A stretch of 64,000 nucleotides of DNA. It comes from Lingula anatina (lineage: Eukaryota > Animalia > Brachiopoda). Shown here in pieces: positions 14,601-25,700 of this stretch (positions are counted from its first letter, which is position 1; every line of letters starts with the position of its first letter). The position numbers were made by a program, and so were the translations under genes. The notes below the pieces were generated by a model that saw only the letters and a list, made by a program, of their open reading frames with translations, searched no databases and was not told the origin of the DNA. The stretch is taken from NCBI GenBank assembly GCA_051362555.1, contig CM120640.1:34677967-34741966 (forward strand), given 5' to 3'.

Positions 14601-15672
14601 TTTCTTCTCCTAGTTTTGGAGTAATCCGGCATGAAATGCATTAATAATATAATGCCTTCTATGGGATGTTTTTCATAAAGATTAGAGATTTGTTATGAGG
14701 GCCATTCCATGGACTGGACAGGGGTATTGTCCGTGAAAACAAGTGGTCACTTTTATATGGGATATACGAGGAGTTTAATCAACCGCGGGACTGGACATTA
14801 CTTAAATCTCTCAATTTGATGGATCTTGCACCTACTTGAGTTGGATAAGAGGGTTCGGGACCGCTTTGATGCAGCTCTTTACTTTAACCAAACATTTGAA
14901 ATGCCTTAGCCACACAATTCTATATATTTAATAAGCTTAAACCTGACTATTATGCTTTTGCGGCCATTAAATATGTAATACATTCCTACACAACCCTACT
15001 TTAAATATCTACGCTGCAATTTCGTAACACTGAAATATGGCGTATAGAAAATAGAGAGTTTGATATACTGGAATCAAATTAATTAAAACGTTTTAAGATA
15101 TATACAGTAGCAAATTAGCTTTTCTTTTATTCCCACTTTTCGGTCAAGGGTCATGGTTTTAATGAAAAATTTAAATTGTTTATCCCAAGAAATTCAAAAC
15201 CTGTAATGAGTTTCGCTATCGTAGATTGCAATAGAGGCATTTAGACCCAATTATTTCAGAAAACCTATCTGTCGCGAAAAGATTAATCAAATTTCTCTGA
15301 TTACGTTCAATTTACGGCAACTGCAAATTAACGAATCTGATAATTTGAGATGACAGTGGATGAAATTCCTCTTTGTCAAATGATCGATTAGGTGGCAGTA
15401 AACCGAGACATTGTGTTTGTTTAATCAAAATGTGTCAGTTTTGGAATATAAGAACCATTTTGGTGAACAAAAGTGCTGCAATTATTACACTGGGCTTAAG
15501 AACCATATAGTTTAGGCACGTACATGTTGATTTTATGTTTATTTAATTGTTATTCGTTTAATTGTATTTTCTTTTTGACCAAGCCTTATATTTATATTTT
15601 ATGACGTATGTAGTAAGATATTTTATATTAATTGTTCAATAGTTCGTATATATTGAAATGCTACTTTTCTAG

Positions 15673-15791
15673 AGCAAAGTCTAAGAATGGGGGTCGGTCA
15701 CTCAGGGACAAATTGGAGAAAATAGGTTTGACTTTACCAGCTGGCCGCCGTAAGGCAGCTCCAATAACTCTCTACTCCTCGGTGGTAGAAG
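15673..15791 (+). CDS. TFAP2: AP-2 exon 5a, basic region and start of helix-span-helix (mutually exclusive copy A)
   Basis: Acceptor ctacttttctag. Encodes (R)[39 protein letters not shown](G). Donor AAG|GTAAGA. 119 nt, phase 2/1. Confidence 0.93.
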
Positions 15792-16482
15792 GTAAGAGGT
15801 CACGTGACCTGCGTGACGTAGTGGGCCAATTGCAGTGACGTAGACTAGCCCAGAATTCACTAAAACACTTCGTCATCACAATTTTTTGCATAATCTAGTG
15901 CGATATTGATTACTGATTCTCTTTCATTAAAAGAGCATTAGACTACTACTATTCTGGCACCCTTGGTTTTTATGTGTTTGAGTTGCACTCTTACTACCTG
16001 TGTTTCATTAATACCTGAAATTCTGCCACGTTTTTTCTTGCCAGCCAGCAGGCTTAAACCCTAACTGAAAACACCCCCTGAACGAATGATTTTTAAGGTC
16101 AGCCGAAAGGTTCGGCTGCAAAGGGAGCAGTGCTTCTATAGTAGATGCAAATTGAAAAAAAAGTATTTTTTGCCGTACGAAGCAGAGCTTGCCATTTTTT
16201 AAACCTTATCTTTTGTGAAAAGAATGGTTTTGGAAAGTACTATATGTGATGATGGGTCTAATTTTTTTGACCATGCAGTATAGCCCACTGCAGCGGTTTT
16301 TGCCAACACATGGTAAATTTGGCTAGTCTCGTCTCCTGTTTTTGTCCCCTCTACATGTCTCTAGTGAGGACCAACCCCCGGAGGAATGGGAATATCACAG
16401 TCAATCTATTAAGTACTGCCAGAAAATGACTCAGATTATCGTTATTATTTGGGTACATGTCTTGTCCTTTTTGTCCCTACAG

Positions 16483-16601
16483 GGCCAAAAATAAAGATGG
16501 CGGTCGCATGTTACGCGATACTTTGGAGAAAATGGGCATGAGCTTGCCGGCTGGTCGTCGAAAAGCATGTGCTGTCACATTACTAACATCACTCTGTGAA
16601 G
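16483..16601 (+). CDS. TFAP2: AP-2 exon 5b, paralogous basic-region exon (mutually exclusive copy B)
   Basis: Acceptor tcctttttgtccctacag. Encodes (R)[39 protein letters not shown](G). Donor AAG|GTAGGT. 119 nt, phase 2/1, the same length and phase as 5a. Confidence 0.92.
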
Positions 16602-19600
16602 GTAGGTTCTTTTTTCAATCAATTTGCTGTGGTTTTTACATATTATACATCTTCTCTTACTATGTAGTACTGAATATTAATGATTTCACCCAAAATCACC
16701 TTTAACCTGCACATTGGTAGAATACTTCATTTAGCTGATTGTGATAAGCTGTTTAGTTTTGATATGTTTATTGTTGCCTTGTATAATAGTCATGTGTCGT
16801 TTTAACGACAGTTTAGTGCCACGTTTAGAATATTTTGGGCGTGGTTGTATGTCGGGGTACCAAAAGAACAATATGAACGATCCAACCGTGGGTGAAATAT
16901 GGCGGATGAAATGAAGACTTTTATAAGATTTATGACCCTTTGACTTCTTAAGGAAGATATTCACATTGCGTGGCCGAATCGAAATTCGATATTTATTTCT
17001 AAAGGTGCACTTACTGATTTTAAAGTTAAAAAGTAAGACTGGCCAAGGTGACTGCTGTATTTCTTACCAAAGTCTAAAATATTACTTAAAAGATTAAAAT
17101 TGACCAAAGGACGAAAATATCTCCCAAACTGTCGTGCAGAATAATCATTCACATTTTAGCTGACCTTGCCCAGTATCCAGCACAGCAACAGGCTTTTGAA
17201 AAAGACATTGAAAAAACATTTTCAAAAAAGCTGCAGAAGTCCCCCGTGTTCTATCTATAGACCCAACCTTGTCCCGCACCTGACTCTTCTTTGCAAGCGT
17301 GTGTAATGCACCACTTTGATGTTCTGTCCTACCCCGCACCCAGCTGTTCGGCTTATTACTTTTTGTGGGTAGAAAAAAACGATGACTTTTTAATTCCTGG
17401 CAATGTAAACGTTCGGCCCGCTCCCCTACATAAAGCCGCATACCTATCAGTCGCCATGCGAACAAGATCAGCGCTGGGAAGCACACGCTTTCAAGTTTAT
17501 TAAAATCCTTTTGATATAACCGTTTTCTTTCTTCGTGAGACAAGTGGAGTAATATTGGGTTTATCAAAATGTGATTTCTTTGGATTAAAAAATAATTGTG
17601 AATCGCATTACTTGGTATATAATCATGTCCTCACTTACACTAAACAGCAGTTTTTTTTAATTTGCCATAAACTTTTGTGCTTTTTTCTTATCTCATCCCA
17701 CCTGTTTCTTTACTAAGACCTTTGGTAATTGTGGATTGATTAGTGGGAAAAATGTTAAGGAAAAATCCTGTTCTATCAGAGCAAAGACTCATTTTACCAA
17801 GTGGCGGGATGAGTGGCGACCGAAAAGGGTCTCCTCCCTGGGTCGTTCCCTGATGCGCCAGTCAATACAAGTGCAGCGACAGTGAGTTTGATATGATTCG
17901 ACTTGACGGGACATTTCCAGTTTTGCTATGAAGTACAATGTGTTCAATTTCATAAATTTATAATAGCGATGCGCACAAATAGTAGCACAGCGAGAGGGAA
18001 ATGGGCACTCGACTCCTACTCCTCTTGCTTACGACAAAGTGACTTTTAACAATGCCATCATTTACTCCGTCGTTTGAGCGGAAAGTTTAATTAAAGAACA
18101 ACAAGAGGAGCTTAATTAGAGCACTAATAGTCTCTTCTCGGTCTCAGTAGTATTTCGCGAGGAGAGAGTCTTAGGTTCGTGTGGCAGATATCAATGTGTC
18201 TCAATTATCGAAGCACACGGAAAGTGACGGATGATTAGTCGGTATGTTGTGACACAGCCGAGGAGTGTCGTTATATGTGGTCATTATCCCATCCGTCTGC
18301 GGAAAAAAAAATTGTGGACTTGTTTCTACCCCGTGATTTCTTTAATGATTGTCTGAGAATTAGGATGTGTTTTGTGTGTTTTGCAAAGCGTATAACAGGC
18401 GCCATGAAGGGGAATTTCGTGCCGGAGTAATTGACGTGATTAGTGTGTTCCGAGTTGATATTATGGCATGTTCGGTACACGTGGAACACGCTTGAAAAAA
18501 AAACGATGATTGGAGAAAACACGTAGATATGTTTAGTAAAATATATACATATATTACGAATGGCCATTTTTCTATGACCCTTTTATTATTGTAACTATAT
18601 AATAGCTGTGTAATAGGCACTGGAAAAATTCCGCAAGAGATGGATTATTACAAAAATGAATTGGAAAAGAAACGGACAACTTGGCGTTGACCGCTTTGGT
18701 AACAGATGTATAGTAAAAAAAGGAATTTTAGAATAAAGAAATATTAGAACAGTGACAGATTAATCAGCATTTCCCTATTTTTAATCACCTCTCAAGTCAT
18801 CACCCAATATTATAATTGCTTGAATTTTTATTGTCACATAAATAGAGGCCAATCCAAACAAAGCGGTCAGCCGCGGTTTACGGGGGTGACTAGGAGTGTT
18901 TTAATACTTAGTAGTGGTTACGAGGTTGACACCTCTGTGCTAAGTGGTCGGCAAACAACACTACAATAACGGAGTGTTAAGTAATTAGCCGTCCTCGCAC
19001 TTTTCTTTGGCCTATCACCCCAAAACTAATAAGATTAAACACACAAGGTAAACATTGGTATTTATCTGTTTCTATTAATCTGCGGCAGTGCCGTTGACCA
19101 GATACGACACAAAGGTGAAAAGGTAAATTACAGGAGAATTTAGCGTCCTTCTTGGTCACCGTAATTTCTCATTACACGACTTCGGCCAAGCATGAAGTTT
19201 ACCCCAGTGGAAAATTCTCGCAGGCGCCATGCCATAGGCAGAAGACAATGTTGATCAAATTTGGCGGTATTTTGCATTGATTGCCGTCTGCCAGCATTGT
19301 TTTCTCAATTTATTCTATAAATTTGATGATGTTGAATCAGCCAATACGGCAGAGTTACAGTCTCATAACTTCCCTTTGTTGTGGGATGGGATTTTTAAGA
19401 AAGGTGAATCCTCTAAAATAAGCCAATGGTAGTTTCATGTTTCTTTTCCGGCATGAAAGCGTGTTTTTCTCATCTGTATTTAATGGAAAAATCTGCCGAC
19501 CTTTTATTATGAAAACACGAAAGATGCTCGCCATTTTGGGGTAAATGGACACCATAAAGGAAAGCAGACCTAAAACAAGGCCGTTCCCATCCCAAACTAT

Positions 19601-19796
19601 TCACTTCACGTTGGGTCGTTAATATGTGCAGATTAAAATATCACGGTACAATTTGATCTGTTAACATTTTTGAGGGCGAGTTCGTCAGTTTGATTACTTT
19701 TTAAAACGGATTTTTTTACGTGATATGTTTATTTTCAAAATGAAAACTTACCATGTATGGTGCTTGTTTGTAAATGGTTTGTTGCTTTTTTTGCAG

Positions 19797-19938
19797 GTGA
19801 GGCAATTCGTTTGGCAAGAGATTTTGGTTACTTGTGCGAGACAGAATTTCCCGCCCGACAATGTGGAGAATACGTCGCCAGGCAAACCACCGACCCATCT
19901 GACTGTCATAACAGAAGAAATATGGTTCTAGCATCTAG
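19797..19938 (+). CDS. TFAP2: AP-2 exon 6, helix-span-helix
   Basis: Acceptor gcttttttttgcag. Encodes [47 protein letters not shown](R), matching the AP-2 motif GEAxHLARDFGYxCETEFPA. Donor TAG|GTGGGT. 142 nt, phase 1/2. Confidence 0.96.
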
Positions 19939-20624
19939 GTGGGTTATTTTCCTTAACTGGAGACAAACATAACATTAACAGCAATAATAACCTTCTTATG
20001 GATGTTTTGTCAAATTACTTTCTTTTCCTGTCACAAAAGAACAAAGTAACAAGAAAATGGAAAAAGTTGACATTTTAATGCGGGCGCTATCTCCTAACCA
20101 CCGCCATTTCTGGCTCATTTCTCATACTTACACGCACCGACCTCGGCTCACTTCCATTCATTTAGTCTAACCTATGTCGATTCGCCGTTGCTATTATTAT
20201 TATCATACGGGCTCAAGTCGAAAAATATCTGGTGTGCTTTATTTCTCGAGGCCAAAAGTACTTGACTGCCCAGCTTGACCACAGGTAAACCACTGTGCTG
20301 AGCTAGAGTACCAACGGTCAAGCTGCGGAGAAAGTATCTGGCAGACTGGGAGTCGGTGCAGACGACAAGGCTAGTGCATGCCATTGTCCAGTGGGTCAAA
20401 CAATTCAATATGGTGTGCTGGAGTCGATGCTTTGCCATTTTGATTTTAAAAATGTTGTTTTTAAACGTTCCTTAAATTTCATCGTTTTGTTTAATGAAAA
20501 AAGACACAATTTTAGAGCCTTACGTCAGCGGACTTCGTCTAATATACGAGTAGATTTTGCTTAAAATATGTAATGGAATTTTGTTTCGTTTATCTTACGC
20601 ATATTTTTTTTGCTTTTTTTTCAG

Positions 20625-20931
20625 ACAAATTCTTAAAGAATTGACTGATCTCCTAAACCAGGACCGGTCGCCTCTTGGCAATACGCGTCCACAGATGATA
20701 TTGGATCCAAGCATACAGCGACACCTGACGCATTTTAGTCTAATCACACACGGGTTTGGTTCTCCAGCAATAGTAGCAGCATTGACTGCTGTTCAGAATT
20801 ATTTGACTGAAATGCTCAAATTTATGGACAAAAATTACCCCAGCTCTCAAGGACCTACGTTAGGGGGCGGTGCAACTTCACTCGATTCTAGCGGTAAACC
20901 AAAATCTGAAAAAGACGATTCGCGAAAATGA
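20625..20931 (+). CDS. TFAP2: AP-2 last coding exon, second helix and C-terminus
   Basis: Acceptor ttttttttcag. Encodes [65 protein letters not shown]...DDSRK*, with the motifs DRSPLG and FSLITHGFG. Exons 2-7 with one exon 5 total 1284 nt, or 427 aa plus stop. Confidence 0.96.
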
Positions 20932-22787
20932 AGAAGAAAGGAGCACACACCACCACTGTTGGGAACTTAACGGTGCCAGCTAGTGGTTGTCTTTGAAAAT
21001 GCAGGGATATTTTCTTACGTACGCAGCAGACGCTAAAGCTCTACGTCTTTACAGGGTCCTTTGACCTTTCACTTTTTTCATTATTGGATAATGTCGAGAT
21101 TGGCTTCATGGGACGACTCAACATCAAGTTAAATTGGTGCTGCCATGTTATGCAAAGGACTATTTGCGTCAGAACTTGTGAACGTGGTGTGACTGTAGAT
21201 ACTAGGTATTTAGAAAAACGGGGTAATTGTATAGCGACAGCCTCCAAACCATTCCACAATTTGCAGACTTTATGTGGACATTTATTCTTTCCCAAGTAGG
21301 GAGACAGACTTTCTTCCAATCCGATAAAGAATTTTAAAATTCCACAAAACTAAGTTATCAAAACAAGAGAGTAAGTGGAATCAAGAGAGCGATGAAACAA
21401 TCAAAACATTGTTTTTAACAGTTCATGACACTTCAGGGCTATTCGATAAACGTGTAAATATTGTGACTGTAATTCTGAATTCTCACTTTTTACGTAGTGT
21501 GCTTGCATATAAGATGATGGTCCATGTTGATATAAAATATATCTATTACAAAGAGGAATTAGGGATAGATGCCATTTGAATTTGCTACAGGTAGTTTGGC
21601 GATTTAAGAACAATCTGGAGTCTTTTTGCCAATGTGCCTTTAGTAGGAGCAAAGTGAGTTCCCAACTTTATTTTAGTTTGTACATCTTTCCCAGAAGATA
21701 CTCAGCAAACGACGTTTGCGCATGCGTCAAATGGTCTCAGTCCCACCGTGCTTTTTGTCGCAATATTCCCAATAAGATGTCTGCTGCCTTGTTGCCTTTT
21801 TATTTAAGTTGTTATAGTCATAAAAAGATGGAGGAAGTTCTGCTGTTTAACCCCCAAATTTGACCTGCCGAAATGTGTTCTATCACGTCTTGGTTTGTTT
21901 TGATGAAGTGACCAGTAGCTCAGTTCGCGCGCCAAAGATGGCGTTGAATATGAAGAGAGCTATTGGTGCTGATATACAACGATTTGTATTTCTATTTATA
22001 TATGGTAGATGAAGTTTGGGGGCTGAATCAGGGAGGTATTATACCACGAATGTCTTATCAAATGATTCTAGTCGCATAAAGTTAGATATTTTGATATTTT
22101 CAAATTAAGATACAGTATGTCGTATCCAGTCGATCTAGCCAATATGTACAATATTTGTTTTTTTGTTTTATTCAGAGTCGGTCTTTGACTGAATGTTTTT
22201 TCTTAAAACAATGTTTGTAGACATATCACATTTGAAGGTGCATCTCTTCTAATAGCGAACTTTTTTGAAGTTCATTTGACAAAGATAAATATATCAATAA
22301 ATATAATCTAGTGAATGACAGACCATTTACCCCAAAGTGGGGGAAACAGCGAGTCCGAAGACCGTACGTAACAATGACGTTACTTTGCTTTGACTACATA
22401 AGAAATTGTGGGCAAAAAAGGGACTGCCCATCGTTAAGACTTTGTGAAAGTGTACGTGTATGGCAAACCTCAAGCTCATGTAAGTGAGGGTATAGTAGAT
22501 AGCAAATGGGCTTGAGCGGTGTGTGTTTATTAGTGTTACCACCTTGTTTTGTAGAGGGGGTTGAGATTTAGTCCTTTTTTGTGCAGTTTTCACCCAATCC
22601 CTATATTGTCTGCAATTCGTAAGCTTCCAGTTGTACTATTAAAGGGCCTGTGTTTAAGAACACTTGGGCCGGGTGACTACGTATATAACAGTGCACACAA
22701 CGATCAAATCGTACTTAATGTTGACTATATTTATATTTGTAGACTTTGTAGATTGAGGAATAATACTACAAATTCGTGTTGACTTGT

Positions 22788-22793
22788 AATAAA
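22788..22793 (+). promoter_or_regulatory. Candidate polyadenylation signal of AP-2 (3' UTR about 1.9 kb)
   Basis: AATAAA followed about 25-55 nt downstream by a T-rich tract (tattttgctttatttcttaagttttt). Another AATAAA lies at 22296-22301. Confidence 0.4.
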
Positions 22794-25700
22794 ATATTTC
22801 GGGAACAACATGATCCATATTATTTTGCTTTATTTCTTAAGTTTTTACACATTTACCTTGTCCGCTGATATGTGAAAACGATTTCTTTGATGCTGGGCAA
22901 TTCCTAAATTAGACACTAAAAAGACAACATACCTAACGACAGAGTGCGCCTCTATTAAACAAAATTTTAATATCTTGGATAAAGCCCCTATATATCAATA
23001 CCGCGCAAGATTAACTTTGCCCGTATTTCTTCAGTACGATTGTCCGCCTTGATTATGATTTCAACATCATGTTCCTATACTAATAGCTTTTGATGTCAAT
23101 GTGATTACCACTTGAAGGTTTACGAGTGTGTTTTGAATATGCCTTGAATATCAAATCGCTCGAACAAAAGTTAAGACAGCATGATCAATGTCATCAGTTA
23201 ACAATAATATTGATTTGTCATCCCTTTAGAAACCATGAAACATAACACTTAATATGTATGCTATGATCCAACGACCTCGTGTTAATCATAAATGCATTAT
23301 TTTCTGTATCGAGATTGTTTATTGAAAGAACAACCACTTTCACTACGGGGCTGGGACTATAAAACTATAAAGCTATAAAACAGGAAAAGCGATTTTATAT
23401 CGTAATAATCCCTTTTTTTATAGTGTTTCACTTTTAATATTATCAACTAGCATTTTAAAGCATTAAAATTTAAGAAAAACCAGAAAAGTTTTGAAGATCG
23501 GTATGTAAGTTTTCATTATTTTGTCATTATATTCATATTCCACTTAATGACTCTTTTATATACCATGCATACTTTCTCTTAATATGGGCAAAGGTTTCTT
23601 CTACACATTCGCTGGGTTGCAACATTTTCAGCTTCGGGGGCTTGAACTCCAGAGATTTACCAACAAACCCTACATGTACCAGTGTAATGTTTTTGCCTCA
23701 GGTCGACCTATGTATAAGGTTTATAATATACCTCGGTTCACTTTGCCTACAATTTCCATATAAAATATGCTTACATTTTAATTTACCGATTATTCCAATA
23801 TCACATTGAAATATTAATGTGTTTTTTTTTTAATTAACAGAATACTGTCTTATACAAATATATAGATATACTGATGTTTTTATGGCAAACTATAAGTTGA
23901 TACATTTCAAATTTTCTGATCTCCAAGAATACTGGTGACGTCAATTATTAAAAATATATATCAAGATCCCCTGTATTTACCTGCAGTATATTTCAATTCT
24001 TCTTATACCTTGTATTTGGAATTCCCCAGGGGTAGCACTTGCCATCACGGCATGTTCTGCCCTCTGAGGATATTACTCGACATGGAAATGTGTGTCGTCT
24101 TTCTACTATACTGCTTGTATGGCCTCGGGTATATCGGAGTGAGAAACAGCGGGCCCTTCACTCTACTATACAACACAAATCATGATTTATGAAAACCGCA
24201 GCAACCTGGCCCATGAAAAAAAAACTAGTTGGAAGTAAACAAACATGTGACTGTTAACTTTATTAAAAGGGGAATAGCCTTTGTGATGTTTTATACATGG
24301 AAATTGGTGATCAAATTAAATACACTACACAATGCTAGAAGTTTTTCACTCTATTGATAGAATGATAAAAGGATTATTCTTAACTTGGAGACTGAATAAT
24401 ATGAGTCAAATACTACAGAAATACACGTTGTTTTGGAAATGATACAAGTAGTTATTAATCTTTTTATGGATGAACGGAAATTGAAATTAGAAGTAGAGAA
24501 AAATACTAAATTCATTGATAGCAGTGATAGTATGAATGGAGACTATTTTATTTGTCCTTATGACAAGATGGTTTACTATTGAAAGCCATAGATTGTGAAG
24601 GCATTGACTGTTGTAAAATGAAGAAATGAAAGAACAGAAGTTTCATCTACATTTTCCCAATTGTGTATGTCCCATGTTTGCTGCATAGTGCCGTGGAGAC
24701 AGAAAATAAAGACCCCAAAATTAACGTTGGCATTAGACACTACAAAATTAGACCAAAAAAAAAAAACACACACACACACACAATTGTATGGCAAAAAGTG
24801 CACTTCGCGATAATTAACTAAGTAACAAAGGGGGAGTTTAGGTCCTCAGAGTATGCAAGAATGCGTAGTTGTGTTGAACAGCAATTTTAGTATGCATATC
24901 CCAAATGCCAGAGCGTATTACTGTCATGTCTGTGGGCCATATGATTGATAATTGTCATCAATTCTCCTGCTTCCGTCGTGGCACCGGGACGTCTTCTCAT
25001 GACCAGGGAGGAGGAAAAGTGAATTTTTGGTGTCTTTTTGGCAACGGGTCAGTCCTGATTACTTCCCCTTTGGCCCGGGGCCCACTCCAAGATGTCACAG
25101 TCCTATAGCTGGCAGACATTCAGTCTCGCGTCCCTTCCACCTGTGTGCTCAACCAAAACCTGAAATTAGACTGATAGCTCCGAATCATGTCACCTAATTT
25201 CTCCTGCCAATTACTCAAGGAGGATTCCCACGCTAAAACAGAGAGAAAGGTCAGATTTAGCAAATGTGTTGATCAGGTAAGGCCAAGAGCAGTGTTTGGT
25301 CCGAACTTGTCGAACCTTCAAGGCCGGAAACAGACAGATACATAGAATAGTGTCATCTTGTGACTAGCTCTCGCTGCATTATCCTCTAGCTAAGGTGACA
25401 TCTTCATAAACCCCTCCCCGGTGATTTTAAATTGTGACGCCGTGACGTAACAGCACTTCTTTTTAGACACCGTGTAATGAACATGCTTGAAATTAACATG
25501 AAATGGACAACACACGTGATGGAGTTATCCGGTGCGGGAGGGGTGGAACCCTCACATGATGACCGGGACATTTTAATAGTCTTATCTCCCCCTTTTGTTG
25601 CGCAAAAATGGCCCAGATAAGAACGGTGGTGTGACTTTTACAGTGACAGATGTGTGAGAAAAGAAAGAGGCAATTAATTTTATGCGACAACTTTGACTTT

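Noticed and set aside
15673-16601. Exons 5a/5b as an assembly artefact, allelic haplotigs or a second AP-2 gene
   Set aside because: Synonymous sites are heavily diverged, flanking introns are not alike, and no other AP-2 exon is duplicated.
10448-19239. AP-2 consensus sites GCCNNNGGC in AP-2 introns (10448, 19231) as autoregulation
   Set aside because: About two such sites are expected by chance in 64 kb at this GC content, and one also occurs far away at 59137. No enrichment can be shown.
20172-20438. GC-richer block in AP-2 intron 6 as a duplicated or alternative last exon
   Set aside because: No frame resembles AP-2 exon 6 or 7. The candidate acceptor (GAG at 20250) is atypical and gives a stop after nine codons. 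It could still be regulatory.
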